Source of the DNA: Vulcanimicrobiota bacterium
Lineage (GTDB): Bacteria; Vulcanimicrobiota; Xenobia; Xenobiales; JADMJV01
Length of the DNA stretch: 64,000 bases
Assembly (NCBI GenBank): GCA_050250895.1
Contig: JBFWNU010000007.1
Span: 1-64,000, forward strand
Direction: 5' to 3'
Shown here: positions 20,601 through 31,796 of the stretch, piece after piece
How the letters are laid out: every line of letters starts with the position of its first letter
How positions within the stretch are numbered: the first letter of the stretch is position 1
Notes under the pieces: model-generated
Seen by the model: only the letters and a program-made list of their open reading frames with translations
Database searches by the model: none
What the model was told of the DNA's origin: nothing
Translations under genes and position numbers: made by a program

Positions 20601-21812
20601 TTAGAAGGATGAGGCCAGCTGATAGATGGGAAGAAAGGCGGCCAGCAAGATGAAAGCCACTACGCTGCCGAGCATCATCAGTACCACCGGTTCGACGAGT
20701 TTGCTGATGGTGTCCAGTCCGCGGGTCATCTCGTCGTCGAAGAACGCTGCCATGCGCCACATCATCTGGCCTACCTGGCCGGTCTCTTCGCCGACATGGA
20801 TCATCTCCAGGCACATTTGTGGAAAGACTTTGTAGGTGTTCATGGCCACCGTCAATCGTTTGCCTTTGCGGACGGCCTCGAACTGAGCCACGGCCGTGCG
20901 GGCCAGGATCTCCCGGTCGAGGCTTCGTGACAGGAGATGCAGGGAAGTGTGCAGGGTGACTCCAGACTCCGCCAGGGTCCCGAAAGAACGGAAGTACTGG
21001 GCCAGCATGCGGTTTTTGATCTGAACACCGTACCACGGGATCTTCAGCATCCACTTTTCTATGCGGAAACGTCCCTCTTTGGTTCGGGCCCAGTTGAGAA
21101 AGAGCCAGGAGAGGGCCGAGACCGGCCCAACCAGGGTGCAAAATAGCACCATGCCGTAGGTCTCGAAGAACTCGGCCGTGTTGACCAGCCAGCGGGTGGC
21201 CCAGGGCAACTCCATGGAGAGGTCTAGAAACAGGCCGACGAACTTCGGAATCATGAAAGTGAAGATGAAGGTCACCAGGGCTCCGGCCGAACTCAGCAAG
21301 ACGGTGGGATAGATCAGAGCCGATTTCAGCTTGTTGGCGTAGGTATACTCCTTCTCGAAATGAGTGGCGCAATTGTCGAGGGTTTCGGCCAGGTTGCCAC
21401 TGGCTTCGCCGATGCGGGTCGAGCCGATGATGAAGGGCGAGAAAAACTCGGGAGCCTTGAGCATGGCCTGTGACAAACAATAGCCCACGGTGATATCGTG
21501 ATAGAGCCGCTCCATCGCCTTCTTGAACCGGATGGGACCTTCTTGCGGTTGCAGCGACTTGAGCGCGCCCGAAAGGGGGATGCCAGCTTTGAGCATCACC
21601 GCCAACTGCCGGATGAAGAGGGCTAGCACTGTGCCTTTCACGGGTTGTAACAGTAACCAGATCCAATGCTTCGGTTGCACCGGCTCGAGCTGTAAAATGG
21701 TCAGATTGCGACGCTGGAGCCTCTCGATGGCCTTCTTCTGATCGCGGGTCTCGATCTCGCCCGAGACGCGTTCTCCCGTTTCGGTGATGGCCACATAGAT
21801 AAACTCGGGCAT
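20601..21812 (-). CDS. pilC: Second PilC/GspF platform protein
   Basis: FIRQLAVMLKAGIPL, GEASGNL, KSALIYP, VGEETG. Confidence 0.88.
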   Translation of the reverse strand: MPEFIYVAITETGERVSGEIETRDQKKAIERLQRRNLTILQLEPVQPKHWIWLLLQPVKGTVLALFIRQLAVMLKAGIPLSGALKSLQPQEGPIRFKKAMERLYHDITVGYCLSQAMLKAPEFFSPFIIGSTRIGEASGNLAETLDNCATHFEKEYTYANKLKSALIYPTVLLSSAGALVTFIFTFMIPKFVGLFLDLSMELPWATRWLVNTAEFFETYGMVLFCTLVGPVSALSWLFLNWARTKEGRFRIEKWMLKIPWYGVQIKNRMLAQYFRSFGTLAESGVTLHTSLHLLSRSLDREILARTAVAQFEAVRKGKRLTVAMNTYKVFPQMCLEMIHVGEETGQVGQMMWRMAAFFDDEMTRGLDTISKLVEPVVLMMLGSVVAFILLAAFLPIYQLASSF

Positions 21813-22328
21813 CTAAAAGCGCTCCAGCACGACGCGGCGAGTCAGGCTATGGGGTTGGGGATCCTCGGGCGGCTTGGCCTGATAGATCACGTCGAGATAG
21901 TCGGGCCGGGACTTGTCGCTGCCGCTGGGCACCTCGAATTTGAGACTCTCCCAGCTTTCGAGGCGCGCCAGCACCTGCAATTCACCAGCGCTGAACAACA
22001 GCACCTTTCCGTCCTGGACGGCGATGGTCGAGGCGGCCGGGTCGAGTTGCAGGGTGCGCCCTTTGCCGATCGTTTGCTCCGAGACCGAACTGAAGACGAT
22101 GGCATCGTTGTTGTAGGTCACAGCGTGCAAGACCGATGAGTTTACGTAGGTTTCGACCTTATTGAGTAAAGTGACGCCACGTCGGTACTGGTCCGAGTCC
22201 TGGTCACGCTTGTGGCTGACCTGGACGCCGTAGAGATAGAATCCCAGCACCAGCGTCATCAGAATGGCAAAGACCATCAGGACCACCAGCAACTCGGCCA
22301 GCGTGGTTCCGCGGGCCGGTTTCACCAC
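21813..22328 (-). CDS. Prepilin-type minor pilin
   Basis: RG|TTLAELLVVL class III signal peptide with E5. Confidence 0.8.
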   Translation of the reverse strand: MVKPARGTTLAELLVVLMVFAILMTLVLGFYLYGVQVSHKRDQDSDQYRRGVTLLNKVETYVNSSVLHAVTYNNDAIVFSSVSEQTIGKGRTLQLDPAASTIAVQDGKVLLFSAGELQVLARLESWESLKFEVPSGSDKSRPDYLDVIYQAKPPEDPQPHSLTRRVVLERF

Positions 22329-22657
22329 CCGAACTTGTCCCGCAACTCGTAGGTCTCGACCCGGTAACTTTGTTTGCCGTTCTTGTCTTCCCAGTCGGCG
22401 CGAGCGATGACTCGCACCAGTTCGGGCACCTCGGGGTGCTTGAGGCCGACTCCTTCACGTCTGGCCTTGGCGAGCTGGGCGGCGACCGATTGGCCGACCT
22501 CCTCGCGATGCACCTGCCGCTGCTCGAGTTTCTGGCCGCTGTGCATGAGTCTGATATGTAAGCTCATGTAACCGAAGAAGGCGATGCTGATGAAGAGGAT
22601 CGCAATCATCACTTCGGCGAGAGTGAAGGCGCGCCGCGGCTTTGGCATGCTGATCAT
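22322..22657 (-). CDS. Prepilin-type minor pilin (PilV-like)
   Basis: RRA|FTLAEVMIAIL class III signal peptide. Confidence 0.8.
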   Translation of the reverse strand: MISMPKPRRAFTLAEVMIAILFISIAFFGYMSLHIRLMHSGQKLEQRQVHREEVGQSVAAQLAKARREGVGLKHPEVPELVRVIARADWEDKNGKQSYRVETYELRDKFGW

Positions 22658-22675
22658 TTCTGGCTTTCGACCGGG

Positions 22676-24193
22676 TCAGCCTGCCGGCACGACCACGATT
22701 TTGGATACTTTGACATCCTCATCGAGTTCGAGTTCCAGGCCCGGGGTTAAGACGACTTCTCCTTTGAGGTAGCTCTCCTTTATGTAGTTGTCGAAATCCC
22801 GGCGCAACCGGATGGAGTCGAGCGAGGTTCCGACACAAAGGCCCTTGTCGGTGCTGTAGAAGCTGTAGGTGGTTTCGATGGCCACCACTCGATCGCCCAC
22901 CAGGCTGAAGGTCAAGAAGTTGGCCGGGTAGGCCAGGCGGCGCAAGCCACTCGAGAGGGTGCGCGCGTCGGGCGGGCCGAGTTCGTTTTCCAGCTGCTTT
23001 TCGGACATTCCCAGCGTGAAGTTGCCCAGGCTCTTGCCCGGCACGACCTTGGCGTTGGAGCGACTGGGTCGGGTGCGATCCATGAGCATCGGCACGGCCT
23101 CGGCCAGCATCTCGGAGGTGCGGGTCGAGACCGGGTCTTCGTTGGAACCCGAATCCGGGTTGGCCCGGCGTAGCATGCGATAGATGCCGGCACTGTTGGC
23201 AGCCAGGCTATAGCAGTGGCCGGGAAAGCCACCCATGCGGCCCAATACGATGCCCACGAGCTCTCCACGCTCGTTGAGCAGAGGGCTGCCAGCGTCTCCG
23301 TCGCGAGTGACCCCCCGAAAGTGAAAGAAGCCTGGGCCGGCTGGCCCCATGGCCTGGGCCGACAAGGCATGGTAAGAGTTGGAATCGTTGGCGTCATGAT
23401 AGGCCAGGCGCTCTCCGCGGTTGGGGGCCTCGGGAGCTAGTGGGACCGCTCTATAGGAGCCGGGAGGTAGCTGGATCAAGGCCAGATCCAGAGTCGGGTC
23501 GCGACTGACCAGGGTGGCCGTGCCTAGACTACCGTTGACCCAGGTGCGACTGAGGTGGCTTGGCCCCAGTCGAGAGGAGCGGGTGATGGCCAGACCGGAC
23601 TCGTCCACTACCACTCCCGAAATATAGTTGCCTTCCAGGTCGGCCATGCGCACCAGGCCAGGGTTGGCCAGGCTCCACTGATTGTCGAGGGAACTCAGGG
23701 AAGGGCGCTTCTGCACATCGGGAAAGACCAGGGCCGAGCCGAGGTCTACGGCGGGTTTGGGGCTGTTGTGCGCCGTTTCTCGGGGCCGCCGTGGTTGTTC
23801 GGTCGTGCGCCTGGGACTGGCCGAAGGGGACGGAGAGGGCGTGGGTCTGGAGGGCTTGGTCTCAGGAGCGGCCGTGGCTTCAGGGAGCGGACTGACCGGC
23901 ATCGGCTGGCTGGGCAGGCGGCGCTCCTCTTTGGGTTTGCGGTGGTAGGCCAGGTAGGTGTAGTTAGGCGGCGCCGTGCGGCCATTGCTCTGGGATTGGC
24001 GCGCCTGGCGAACCCGCTCGCGGTATCCCTCGGCGGTACGTCGGTCGACGCGTTTGAGTTCCTGCTCCCTGGCTGGGCCCAGGAAGAGATTATAGGACAG
24101 GAGGAATCCGGCCAGAGCCGTGACCAGCGATACCGTTCCGGCGAAGACAAGGTGTTCTTTTCGGGGGAACTCTTCGTCGACGGGGATGTGCAC
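22676..24193 (-). CDS. Membrane-anchored trypsin-like (S1C) domain protein, degenerate catalytic triad
   Basis: N-terminal TM, Pro-rich linker, DLALI, GDAGSPLLNERGELVGI. Confidence 0.75.
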   Translation of the reverse strand: MHIPVDEEFPRKEHLVFAGTVSLVTALAGFLLSYNLFLGPAREQELKRVDRRTAEGYRERVRQARQSQSNGRTAPPNYTYLAYHRKPKEERRLPSQPMPVSPLPEATAAPETKPSRPTPSPSPSASPRRTTEQPRRPRETAHNSPKPAVDLGSALVFPDVQKRPSLSSLDNQWSLANPGLVRMADLEGNYISGVVVDESGLAITRSSRLGPSHLSRTWVNGSLGTATLVSRDPTLDLALIQLPPGSYRAVPLAPEAPNRGERLAYHDANDSNSYHALSAQAMGPAGPGFFHFRGVTRDGDAGSPLLNERGELVGIVLGRMGGFPGHCYSLAANSAGIYRMLRRANPDSGSNEDPVSTRTSEMLAEAVPMLMDRTRPSRSNAKVVPGKSLGNFTLGMSEKQLENELGPPDARTLSSGLRRLAYPANFLTFSLVGDRVVAIETTYSFYSTDKGLCVGTSLDSIRLRRDFDNYIKESYLKGEVVLTPGLELELDEDVKVSKIVVVPAG

Positions 24194-24622
24194 CAGAGTA
24201 TTGTAACTGAAGGATAGGAGCGGATCAATTCTGGACGCACCCGTGGCGATGTTCTGGGTCGACCCCTCTTTTCGAGCCTCAGGTTGCCTGGAGGTGAATA
24301 TGATTCACTCATTGTTCGACTCGGTGGGACCCGATGGAGGCAATAATCCTGGGGAGAAAGCGAACAGCGGCCTCAAGTTTTGCCACCGCTCGGCAAAAAA
24401 AAGTTTCGGCCGAATTGGTGGGAAAAAATTCCAGTTTGACCGCGGAATTTCATGGCCCCAGCCTGCCCCTCTGGAACCCGGTAACCTTGTCGGGCTCCGA
24501 CGTGGTAGATGTTCTCGGAAGGGCCGGGCCGGGGATGGTCGATAAAACGGTCGGTTGAGGGTGAGAATCGCTCAAGAATCCGTTGGTTATGGGAAGAATA
24601 ACTTTCAACTTTATCTTCCTCT

Positions 24623-24636
24623 CGAACACCTGTTGG
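24623..24636. promoter_or_regulatory. Putative Gram-positive-type LexA (SOS) box
   Basis: CGAAC-ACCT-GTTGG versus consensus CGAAC-N4-GTTCG; abuts the -35 of the promoter upstream of uvrA. Confidence 0.4.
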
Positions 24637-24637
24637 C

Positions 24638-24667
24638 TTGTATGCCCAGCGGCGCCGGTGCTATATT
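24638..24667 (+). promoter_or_regulatory. Sigma70-type promoter for the large structured RNA
   Basis: TTGTAT-N18-TATATT with extended -10 (TGc); predicted TSS about 24672-24674 coincides with the 5' closing-stem strand. Confidence 0.7.
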
Positions 24668-24672
24668 AACCA

Positions 24673-25640
24673 GGCAAGACCTCGAGCGAACGGAGGAACC
24701 AGTTACCCAACGCTAGACTGAAAGCTTCATAGTATCACGGTCATTAGACCGTTTGAGCATCGCGCACCTTCCTTCGGGAAGGAACGCAGCCCTTCGGGGC
24801 ACGCGGCTGGACTTCGGTCCAGTGCTCCTACCGCCAACCTCCGGGTTGGACGCTCACGGCGATACGTTCTACCCTGGCCTCTCCTGAGAGGCGCCTTTCC
24901 AGGCAGGGCTTCGGCCCTGGGGTAACCCGGCCTGCCAGGAGGCCGCGCCCACCACGGTGAGCGGATTTGCTTGCAAATAGGTTGGAACTGCCGGGGAGTG
25001 GGAAGTCATCGGACTTGTTCCGGTCTCCCCGCAACTCTTTGACTCCGGGATTCGTCCCGGCGAGACGCAGGCCTCGGCCCGCGATGTTTCACCACCGGGT
25101 CGCTTCGGTGACCCAGCCGCAGTCTTCTTCGGAAGACAGTCTTCTTCGGAAGACACGTCCTCTTCGGAGGACACGTCCTCTTCGGAGGACAGCTTTCTTC
25201 GGAAAGCAGCTCGTCGCTCAGACTCCGGTCTGCAGCGAGTTCAGGTTCGCCCTGAGCACCGAGTCTCCTAAGGGTCTTCGGACCCTCACCGCAAGATTCG
25301 CTCTAGCGGCGGGGGACGTCCACCCAGTGGCGGTTGAGCAGTTTGTTCCTCGGGACAGACAACCGTCTCGCTCCGGCGAGACACGCGGCACGGACTGTTC
25401 GCAGTCCAACGTCGACTTCGGTCGACACGACGCCTCGGCGTCAGACGAAGCTCGCTTCGTCAGGTGAAGCAGCTCTCGAACGCTCTCTTCGGAGGGTGCA
25501 AAGAGCGCTCAAGTCGGCTCGCCGACGTGCTAGAGCACCGAATCCTAGGCTCGGCGCGGACTTCTTCGGAAACCCGCAATCAGTCACCGCATAGGCCGCT
25601 TCGGCGGCTGGGTTAGGGCAAGTTCAAACGGGGTCTTGCC
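24673..25640 (+). ncRNA. Large (~970 nt) highly structured non-coding RNA of unknown family
   Basis: About 30 hairpins, mostly with UUCG/UCCG/CUCG loops; G-U pairs fix the + strand; 5' GGCAAGACCUCG pairs with 3' CGGGGUCUUGCC; bounded by a promoter and a U-tract. Confidence 0.8.
25122..25207 (+). repeat. Five tandem 16-nt UUCG hairpins
   Basis: GTCTTC-TTCG-GAAGAC x2, GTCCTC-TTCG-GAGGAC x2, GCTTTC-TTCG-GAAAGC; 1-2 nt linkers. Confidence 0.9.
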
Positions 25641-25652
25641 CTTTTTCTTTTT
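25615..25652 (+). terminator. Intrinsic terminator at the end of the large RNA
   Basis: AGGGCAAG-N12-CTTGCCCT followed by TTTTCTTTTT. Confidence 0.65.
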
Positions 25653-25655
25653 CCG

Positions 25656-28485
<2,830 letters not shown>

Positions 28486-28502
<17 letters not shown>

Positions 28503-29088
28503 GGTCTCCGCGCCCCTGGCGCACCACCACCGGTTCGTCGCCGGTGAAGTCGATCACTGTGGAAGGGTCGGATTCGAGCAGGCCGTCGGCCAGCATCAGG
28601 TCGGCCTGATGATACTGCTCTTCGATTTGGTCGGGGTCGCTGACCACTTCGTCTTCGCTACCACTGGCCGAAGTGTTGACCAGCGGGCGCCCCAGCTGGC
28701 GTACGATGCCCAGGCAGATGTCGTTGTCAGGCACTCGAATGCCTACGGTCCGCTGCTTGGTCATCACGATCTTCGGCACTTCGTTCTTGGCGTTGAGGAT
28801 AAACGTGAAAGGACCGGGCAGCAAGCGCTTCATCATCTTGTAAGCCGGGTTCGACAGCTGGGCATACTCGCTTATCTGCTTGAGGTCTTCACAGATGAAG
28901 GACAGCGGCTTGCGGCGATGCAGCTTCTTGAGTTGATAGATACGTTCAATGGCTCGCTTGTTGAGCAGGTCACAGCCCATGCCGTACACGGTGTCGGTAG
29001 GATAGACGATGACGCCTCCCTGGGTGAGCACCTCAACGGCTCGCGAGATCGCCTTGCCCGAACCGTTAGAGCATTGAATTACAAGCAT
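28486..29088 (-). CDS. Sua5/YciO/TsaC family threonylcarbamoyl-AMP synthase-like protein
   Basis: [24 protein letters not shown]; AAGGAGG SD. Confidence 0.9.
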
Positions 29089-29242
29089 TCGTTCCTCCTT
29101 GCCTGGACTCGGCGATTCTTGCGAGGGGGATCGAATCCTGCCTTGGGTGACATGTTAACAATTTGCTTTCAATTCTGTCACTTTCGCGCGAGTAGTCTTA
29201 GAGCTGTGCTTCGGGAGCCAGCATCCCGTGTGGAGGAAGTTA

Positions 29243-30610
29243 GTGAAATCGGATGTCCAATCAGTATCTTGCCGAATCCGTCCCCCGGCGGCGCGACAGG
29301 CACATAGCTGCAAGTCTAAAGCGCCTGCCCCGGACCAGCAGCCTGCTCCCTTAGCCGACCGCTACGAATCGATCGGCCTGACGGGAGAGGACCTCACCGA
29401 CGACAACCGGATCCCTGTCTTGCTGACCTTTCCGGACGGTGAGACCGGCAAGGCGTGCCGGGACTGCACCGGCATCAGCGAAGACGACCGATACGACCTT
29501 CCTCTCGTCAACGGCTTCAGCGCTTATCTGACCCCCGACAAAGTGGACGGACTGATGGACCTGCTACCCGAAGGCGTCGAGCTGGCCATCAACAAGAAGA
29601 TTCGCTACCCCGAGCCGATCGCGGTGCTGGCCAAGTCGGTCGAAGATGCCGACGGCAATCCCATGATCAAGCGCCTTCCAGGCATCGAGAAGGTCTGGGA
29701 AAAGGGCTTCACCGGACAGGGTCAGACCGTGGCCGTGATCGACTCCGGCATCTATAAGCATCCCGACCTCAAGGATAAAGTGGTCGAGTGGGTCGACTTC
29801 TCGCGTGAAAAACGCAAGACGATGGTTGATCCTTTTGGTCACGGCACCCATGTGGCCGGCGTGTTGGCCGGCAGCGGCACCAAATCGGATGGCAAGGTCA
29901 AAGGCGTGGCTCCCGATGCCAACCTGGTCGGCCTGCGCATCACCACGGTGGCCGAAGCGATTCGGGCCCTGCAGTGGGTCATCGAGCACAAGGACGAACA
30001 CAACATCAAAGTGGTCAACATGTCGCTGGGCGACTTCGCCGCCAAGAGTTACAAGAATGATCCGTGGGCCCAGGCGACCCAGAAGGCTATCGACGCCGGC
30101 CTGATCGTGATCGTGGCTGCTGGCAACGAAGGGCCGGACGGCAAGACGATTTCCACTCCCGGGATCCACCCCCAGGCCATCACGGTCGGCGCTTACGACG
30201 ACAAAGGCACCCCCGACACCTCGGACGACTCGGTGGCCTCGTTCTCGAGCCGCGGACCGACGGTGGACGGCCTGGGCAAGCCTGACGTGCTGGCGCCCGG
30301 AGTAGGAATCTTTGGGCCCCTGTCACCGGGTTCGAACATGGACGTCCCCGATTTTCCCCATATCGGCAAAGACTATCTGGCAATGTCCGGGACGTCCCAG
30401 GCGACCCCGATGATCTCGGGGCTGGTAACCCTGTTGCTGCAGGCCAACCCTAATTTGACGCAGGATGATCTGATGCAGATCTTGCGCCAGTCGGCCGTCA
30501 AGAATTTTCAGGATGACGGCAATGCTCAGGGCGCTGGACTGGTGCAGGCCGACAAGGCTCTAGACCTGGCTTTGAGCTGGGGCCATTCTTCCCAGCCGCT
30601 GGCCGCCTAG
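29243..30610 (+). CDS. S8 subtilisin-like serine protease (AprX-like)
   Basis: VAVIDSG, GHGTHVAG, AAGNEG, MSGTSQATP; GGAGG before GTG 29243. Confidence 0.92.
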   Translation: MKSDVQSVSCRIRPPAARQAHSCKSKAPAPDQQPAPLADRYESIGLTGEDLTDDNRIPVLLTFPDGETGKACRDCTGISEDDRYDLPLVNGFSAYLTPDKVDGLMDLLPEGVELAINKKIRYPEPIAVLAKSVEDADGNPMIKRLPGIEKVWEKGFTGQGQTVAVIDSGIYKHPDLKDKVVEWVDFSREKRKTMVDPFGHGTHVAGVLAGSGTKSDGKVKGVAPDANLVGLRITTVAEAIRALQWVIEHKDEHNIKVVNMSLGDFAAKSYKNDPWAQATQKAIDAGLIVIVAAGNEGPDGKTISTPGIHPQAITVGAYDDKGTPDTSDDSVASFSSRGPTVDGLGKPDVLAPGVGIFGPLSPGSNMDVPDFPHIGKDYLAMSGTSQATPMISGLVTLLLQANPNLTQDDLMQILRQSAVKNFQDDGNAQGAGLVQADKALDLALSWGHSSQPLAA

Positions 30611-30611
30611 G

Positions 30612-31655
30612 TCACTGCATCTGGGTCAGGCTCTGGCGGCACTTGGCTGTGCGGGGGTCGTCGTTGCCCCAGGCCTTCTCGGCGATCTCGAGAGCGCGCC
30701 GGAAGTGCCCGATGGCCTCATCGCTGGCAGCCTTGTCGCGACAGAGGGTGCCCAGATTATGATGGACGGGCGCCAACCGCTTGTCATGAGCCTCGAGGGT
30801 TTCTTCCCAGATTTTGAGGGCTCGCCGGAACAGGCCCTCGGCCCGCATCCCGTTACCGGCTGCATAATAAAGTCCGGCCAGGTTGTTGAGGGTGGCGGCC
30901 AGATCGGGGTGGGAGTGCATCTGGTTTCGCTCGAAAATCTCGATGGACCGAATGAGTAGGCGTTCGGCTTGATCGGCGCGCTGGCGGGCTCGATGGAGTT
31001 CGGCCATCTCGCTGAGGGTCTTGGCATAGCGCACGTCATTGCGTCCGAACCCCTCGGCCAGGCTGAGCGCCTCGACGAGCAATTCTTCAGCCCGGTCTAG
31101 ATCGCCCTGGCCGTAGAGGCGAATTCCCTCGGAGCGGGCCCGGGCCCAGGCCTCGGCGTCGACGCTGCCAGAGTTGCTCGCGGTCGGCTCGTCTTTCTTG
31201 ACCGAGAGGGCCACCAGTCGGCTGCCGACCTCGTTGGCCAGGGTCTTGGCGAACTCGAGATGTTCGTCTTTGAAGGCTCCGGCTTTGAGGCGATTGTCGG
31301 CATAGATCATCCCGACCACCAGGCCGGACGGATGTTTGAACGGCACGCAGAGGATCGAGCGCAGCCCCGATAGGATGACGCTGGTTCGATTGGAGAAACC
31401 TGGCGCTTGAATCGCGTCGACCAGATGGACGGGCTTTCCTTCGTGGACCACCGTCTTGATGACCTCGAGGCTGATTTCACCGGTGGTAAAGACACTTTGC
31501 GGTTCGAGGCCGTGGGTGCCTCGCGGTTCGAACTCGCGACTGCCCTTCTCTTTGTAAGCTATGAAGGCTCGCTCGGGGGAAAGCTCGGCCAGGAGGGCCG
31601 CGAGGGCGCTCTCGAATAGCTCACGCAGGGTCTGACAGTTGTCAAAGTTGGGCAA
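30612..31655 (-). CDS. GAF domain plus TPR protein
   Basis: RSILCVP...GMIYADN GAF motif; HPDLAATLNNLA kinesin-light-chain-type TPRs. Confidence 0.85.
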   Translation of the reverse strand: MPNFDNCQTLRELFESALAALLAELSPERAFIAYKEKGSREFEPRGTHGLEPQSVFTTGEISLEVIKTVVHEGKPVHLVDAIQAPGFSNRTSVILSGLRSILCVPFKHPSGLVVGMIYADNRLKAGAFKDEHLEFAKTLANEVGSRLVALSVKKDEPTASNSGSVDAEAWARARSEGIRLYGQGDLDRAEELLVEALSLAEGFGRNDVRYAKTLSEMAELHRARQRADQAERLLIRSIEIFERNQMHSHPDLAATLNNLAGLYYAAGNGMRAEGLFRRALKIWEETLEAHDKRLAPVHHNLGTLCRDKAASDEAIGHFRRALEIAEKAWGNDDPRTAKCRQSLTQMQ

Positions 31656-31796
31656 TCCAGGAGTCCTCCGCCGGAGTTTTTGTGCCCAAAGGCTGTTTCT
31701 CCTACTCTTTCCCAGGATGATTGGAAGAAAATGTCCGACTCCTACGACCAGAGCGTGTAGGAGATTCGGGGGGGCTTGTCAAAGGAATGAGAAGAC

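Noticed and set aside
24243-24558. ORFs in the spacer upstream of the large RNA
   Set aside because: Atypical composition and no motifs; more likely a divergent promoter region (it includes a GTGAAT-ATG-ATTCAC palindrome at 24294-24308 of unknown meaning)
25122-25207. Possible CRISPR array
   Set aside because: Repeats are 16 nt with 1-2 nt linkers; no spacers and no cas genes
24967-25467. 166-aa ORF (and 24869-25174 minus, 25334-25594 plus) within the structured region
   Set aside because: No SD and no recognisable domain. The peptide repeats (RRTRPL, SSEED) are by-products of the hairpin repeats, whose 17/18-nt period is not consistently a multiple of 3
24673-25640. RNase P RNA, tmRNA, SRP RNA or self-splicing intron
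   Set aside because: No GAGGAAAGUCC/ACAGAA P4 motifs, no tRNA-like ends with CCA, and TCAGGTGAAGCAGC at ~25460 lacks the SRP GNRA helix. No group II GUGCG start or domain V was recognised. Checked by eye only
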